A DNA stretch of 9,554 nucleotides, taken from positions 1-9,554 of the forward strand of contig NW_003314392.1 of the NCBI RefSeq assembly GCF_000143415.4, in the 5' to 3' direction. A program made the position numbers and the translations under genes. This document shows positions 7,958-9,554 of the stretch, piece after piece. The notes below the pieces were generated by a model. The model was not told the origin of the DNA. It ran no database searches and was given only the letters and a program-made list of their open reading frames with translations. Positions within the stretch are counted from its first letter, which is position 1; each line of letters opens with the position of its first letter. This DNA is from Selaginella moellendorffii. Lineage: Eukaryota > Plantae > Lycopodiophyta.

Positions 7958-9109
7958 TCCGTTACATATTTCGTGTCGGTTAAATTTATTGGGTTTGTGG
8001 GGGAGGGGGTTTAACTAGCAAAGGGCGATTATGGGGAGCGCTTAGTGCGATTAAGTGGGGCTTAAGTTGGGGCAATCGCGGCCGTCGGTGCGGTGGGGTG
8101 GTTGACCGGCGGCGATGAGTTTGACCGGCGGTCCCCGTGACACGTGGCTAGGGCTAGGGTCTGGATATGGGTTTTGCGCGAGTGGGCAAGATCCATGGCT
8201 CGGTTTGCGGTGGGACTTGAACCGTTGGAAAGCTTGCGTGAGTCCACCCGTTTCCACAGAAACGGATCTGGATTTCGTCGCTCCACCGGCCCGCACCATT
8301 GCGATGGGTTTGACGCTGGGTTTTCGAGCGAGTGGGCAACATCCATGGCTCGGTTTGCGGTGGGACTTGAACCGTTGGAAAGCTTGCGTGAGTCCACCCG
8401 TTTCCACAGAAACGGATCCCGATTTCGTTGCTCCACCGTCCCACACCATTGCAATGGGTTTTGTGCTGTTCCCGTTGCCATATCTCGTGGACCGTGGGCC
8501 CCCTTTCGCCCTTGGGCACATGGGAGCAACTGGGGCGGTGCGCGCAACTGGCCCATGTGGCCAAGTACATTTTTCCATGTCCTGGGCGCCTGCTTTTGTG
8601 GTTTTTCCCACGGAAGAAGATGCGTCCCACGTGGCGATCCGTGTGCCCGCCCGCACTCCGGCACCAACGGGGCCGGCCGGCGTGACGCCCCGGTCGCGGC
8701 CGTGCCAACGGATCGCGGGCCCCATGCGTGGGCTGCCGCCGGGAGTGCATCTCACTCTCGAGGAAAACACCGCACTGGCGCTCGGGCCTGCACTGGAACG
8801 CGACCCCAGGAGCGCCGTGGCGAAGCCCGCGTCGAGGGCATCGATCCGAATTGGCTGGGCCCCCCATGCCATGCTGGCACCGTGCGTGCCTTGTCGAAAA
8901 CGGCACACCCTTGCGACCGCTGGGCGAAAGGGGCAAACCCCGAGAGGTCCTTGCACCTCCTGTCACTGGGGAGGGTGCCCCCCACGAACACGAACCCAAC
9001 GGCGCCAGTCCCACGCGAAACGCACGCACGGTTCGCGAGAAAACGGCCCCCAACGCCCGCATTCTCCATTATTCCGAGAGAATATTCCCTCCACTACTTA
9101 AATTGTGCC

Positions 9110-9206
9110 AAAAAGAGGTGGCTCCGGGTGGGTCTCGACCCAGGGACCTATTTGAGTGGACTTGTTTTTAGATTGGGGGTCTCTGCCACTAGGCCTCTAC
9201 CACCTC
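9110..9206 (-). ncRNA. Putative Pol III small RNA gene (copy 8)
   Basis: Same sequence as copy 1 by eye. Confidence 0.65.
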
Positions 9207-9554
9207 TCCGTTACATATTTCGTGTCGGTTAAATTTATTGGGTTTGTGGGGGAGGGGGTTTAACTAGCAAAGGGCGATTATGGGGAGCGCTTAGTGCGAT
9301 TAAGTGGGGCTTAAGTTGGGGCAATCGCGGCCGTCGGTGCGGTGGGGTGGTTGACCGGCGGCGATGAGTTTGACCGGCGGTCCCCGTGACACGTGGCTAG
9401 GGCTAGGGTCTGGATATGGGTTTTGCGCGAGTGGGCAAGATCCATGGCTCGGTTTGCGGTGGGACTTGAACCGTTGGAAAGCTTGCGTGAGTCCACCCGT
9501 TTCCACAGAAACGGATCTGGATTTCGTCGCTCCACCGGCCCGCACCATTGCGAT

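Larger units (their letters stand above)
1..9554. repeat. Tandem array of a 1,249-bp unit, ~7.8 copies (units 1-1249, 1250-2498, 2499-3747, 3748-4734 [987 bp], 4735-6016 [1,282 bp], 6017-7265, 7266-8514, 8515-9554 partial)
   Basis: Seen directly: GGCACATGGGAG recurs at each listed start, and identical ORF translations recur with a 1,249 period (e.g. 214/1463/2712). The array runs off both window edges. Confidence 0.99.

Noticed and set aside
6-9548. Long ORFs (up to 362 aa) on both strands
   Set aside because: They overlap in nearly all frames, are rich in Arg/Pro/Gly/Ala as expected for GC-rich DNA, show no recognisable domain and are disrupted freely by the indels.
1-9554. CRISPR array
   Set aside because: The repeat is 1.25 kb with no regular unique spacers; a single insert is not spacer acquisition.

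Overview
The whole window is a head-to-tail tandem array of a GC-rich, near-identical 1,249-bp unit (about 7.8 copies; arbitrary unit starts at 1, 1250, 2499, 3748, 4735, 6017, 7266, 8515). There is no credible protein-coding gene; the ORF track only reflects the repeat. Each unit carries one ~97-nt minus-strand element built like an RNA polymerase III type-2 gene: AT-rich TATA-like box at about -23 to -33, internal A box, B-box variant, 8-bp terminal stem and T5 terminator. It does not fold as a tRNA and has no recognisable 5S or spliceosomal snRNA motifs, but its size, box layout and predicted panhandle fold resemble vault RNA. The spacer holds two 150-bp-period subrepeats containing hairpins. 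Three structural variants (116-bp deletion with 4-nt filler, 150-bp subrepeat collapse, 70-bp foreign insert) and the point variants all lie in the spacer, while the eight RNA copies look identical. The source is probably eukaryotic, but the organism cannot be determined from the sequence.
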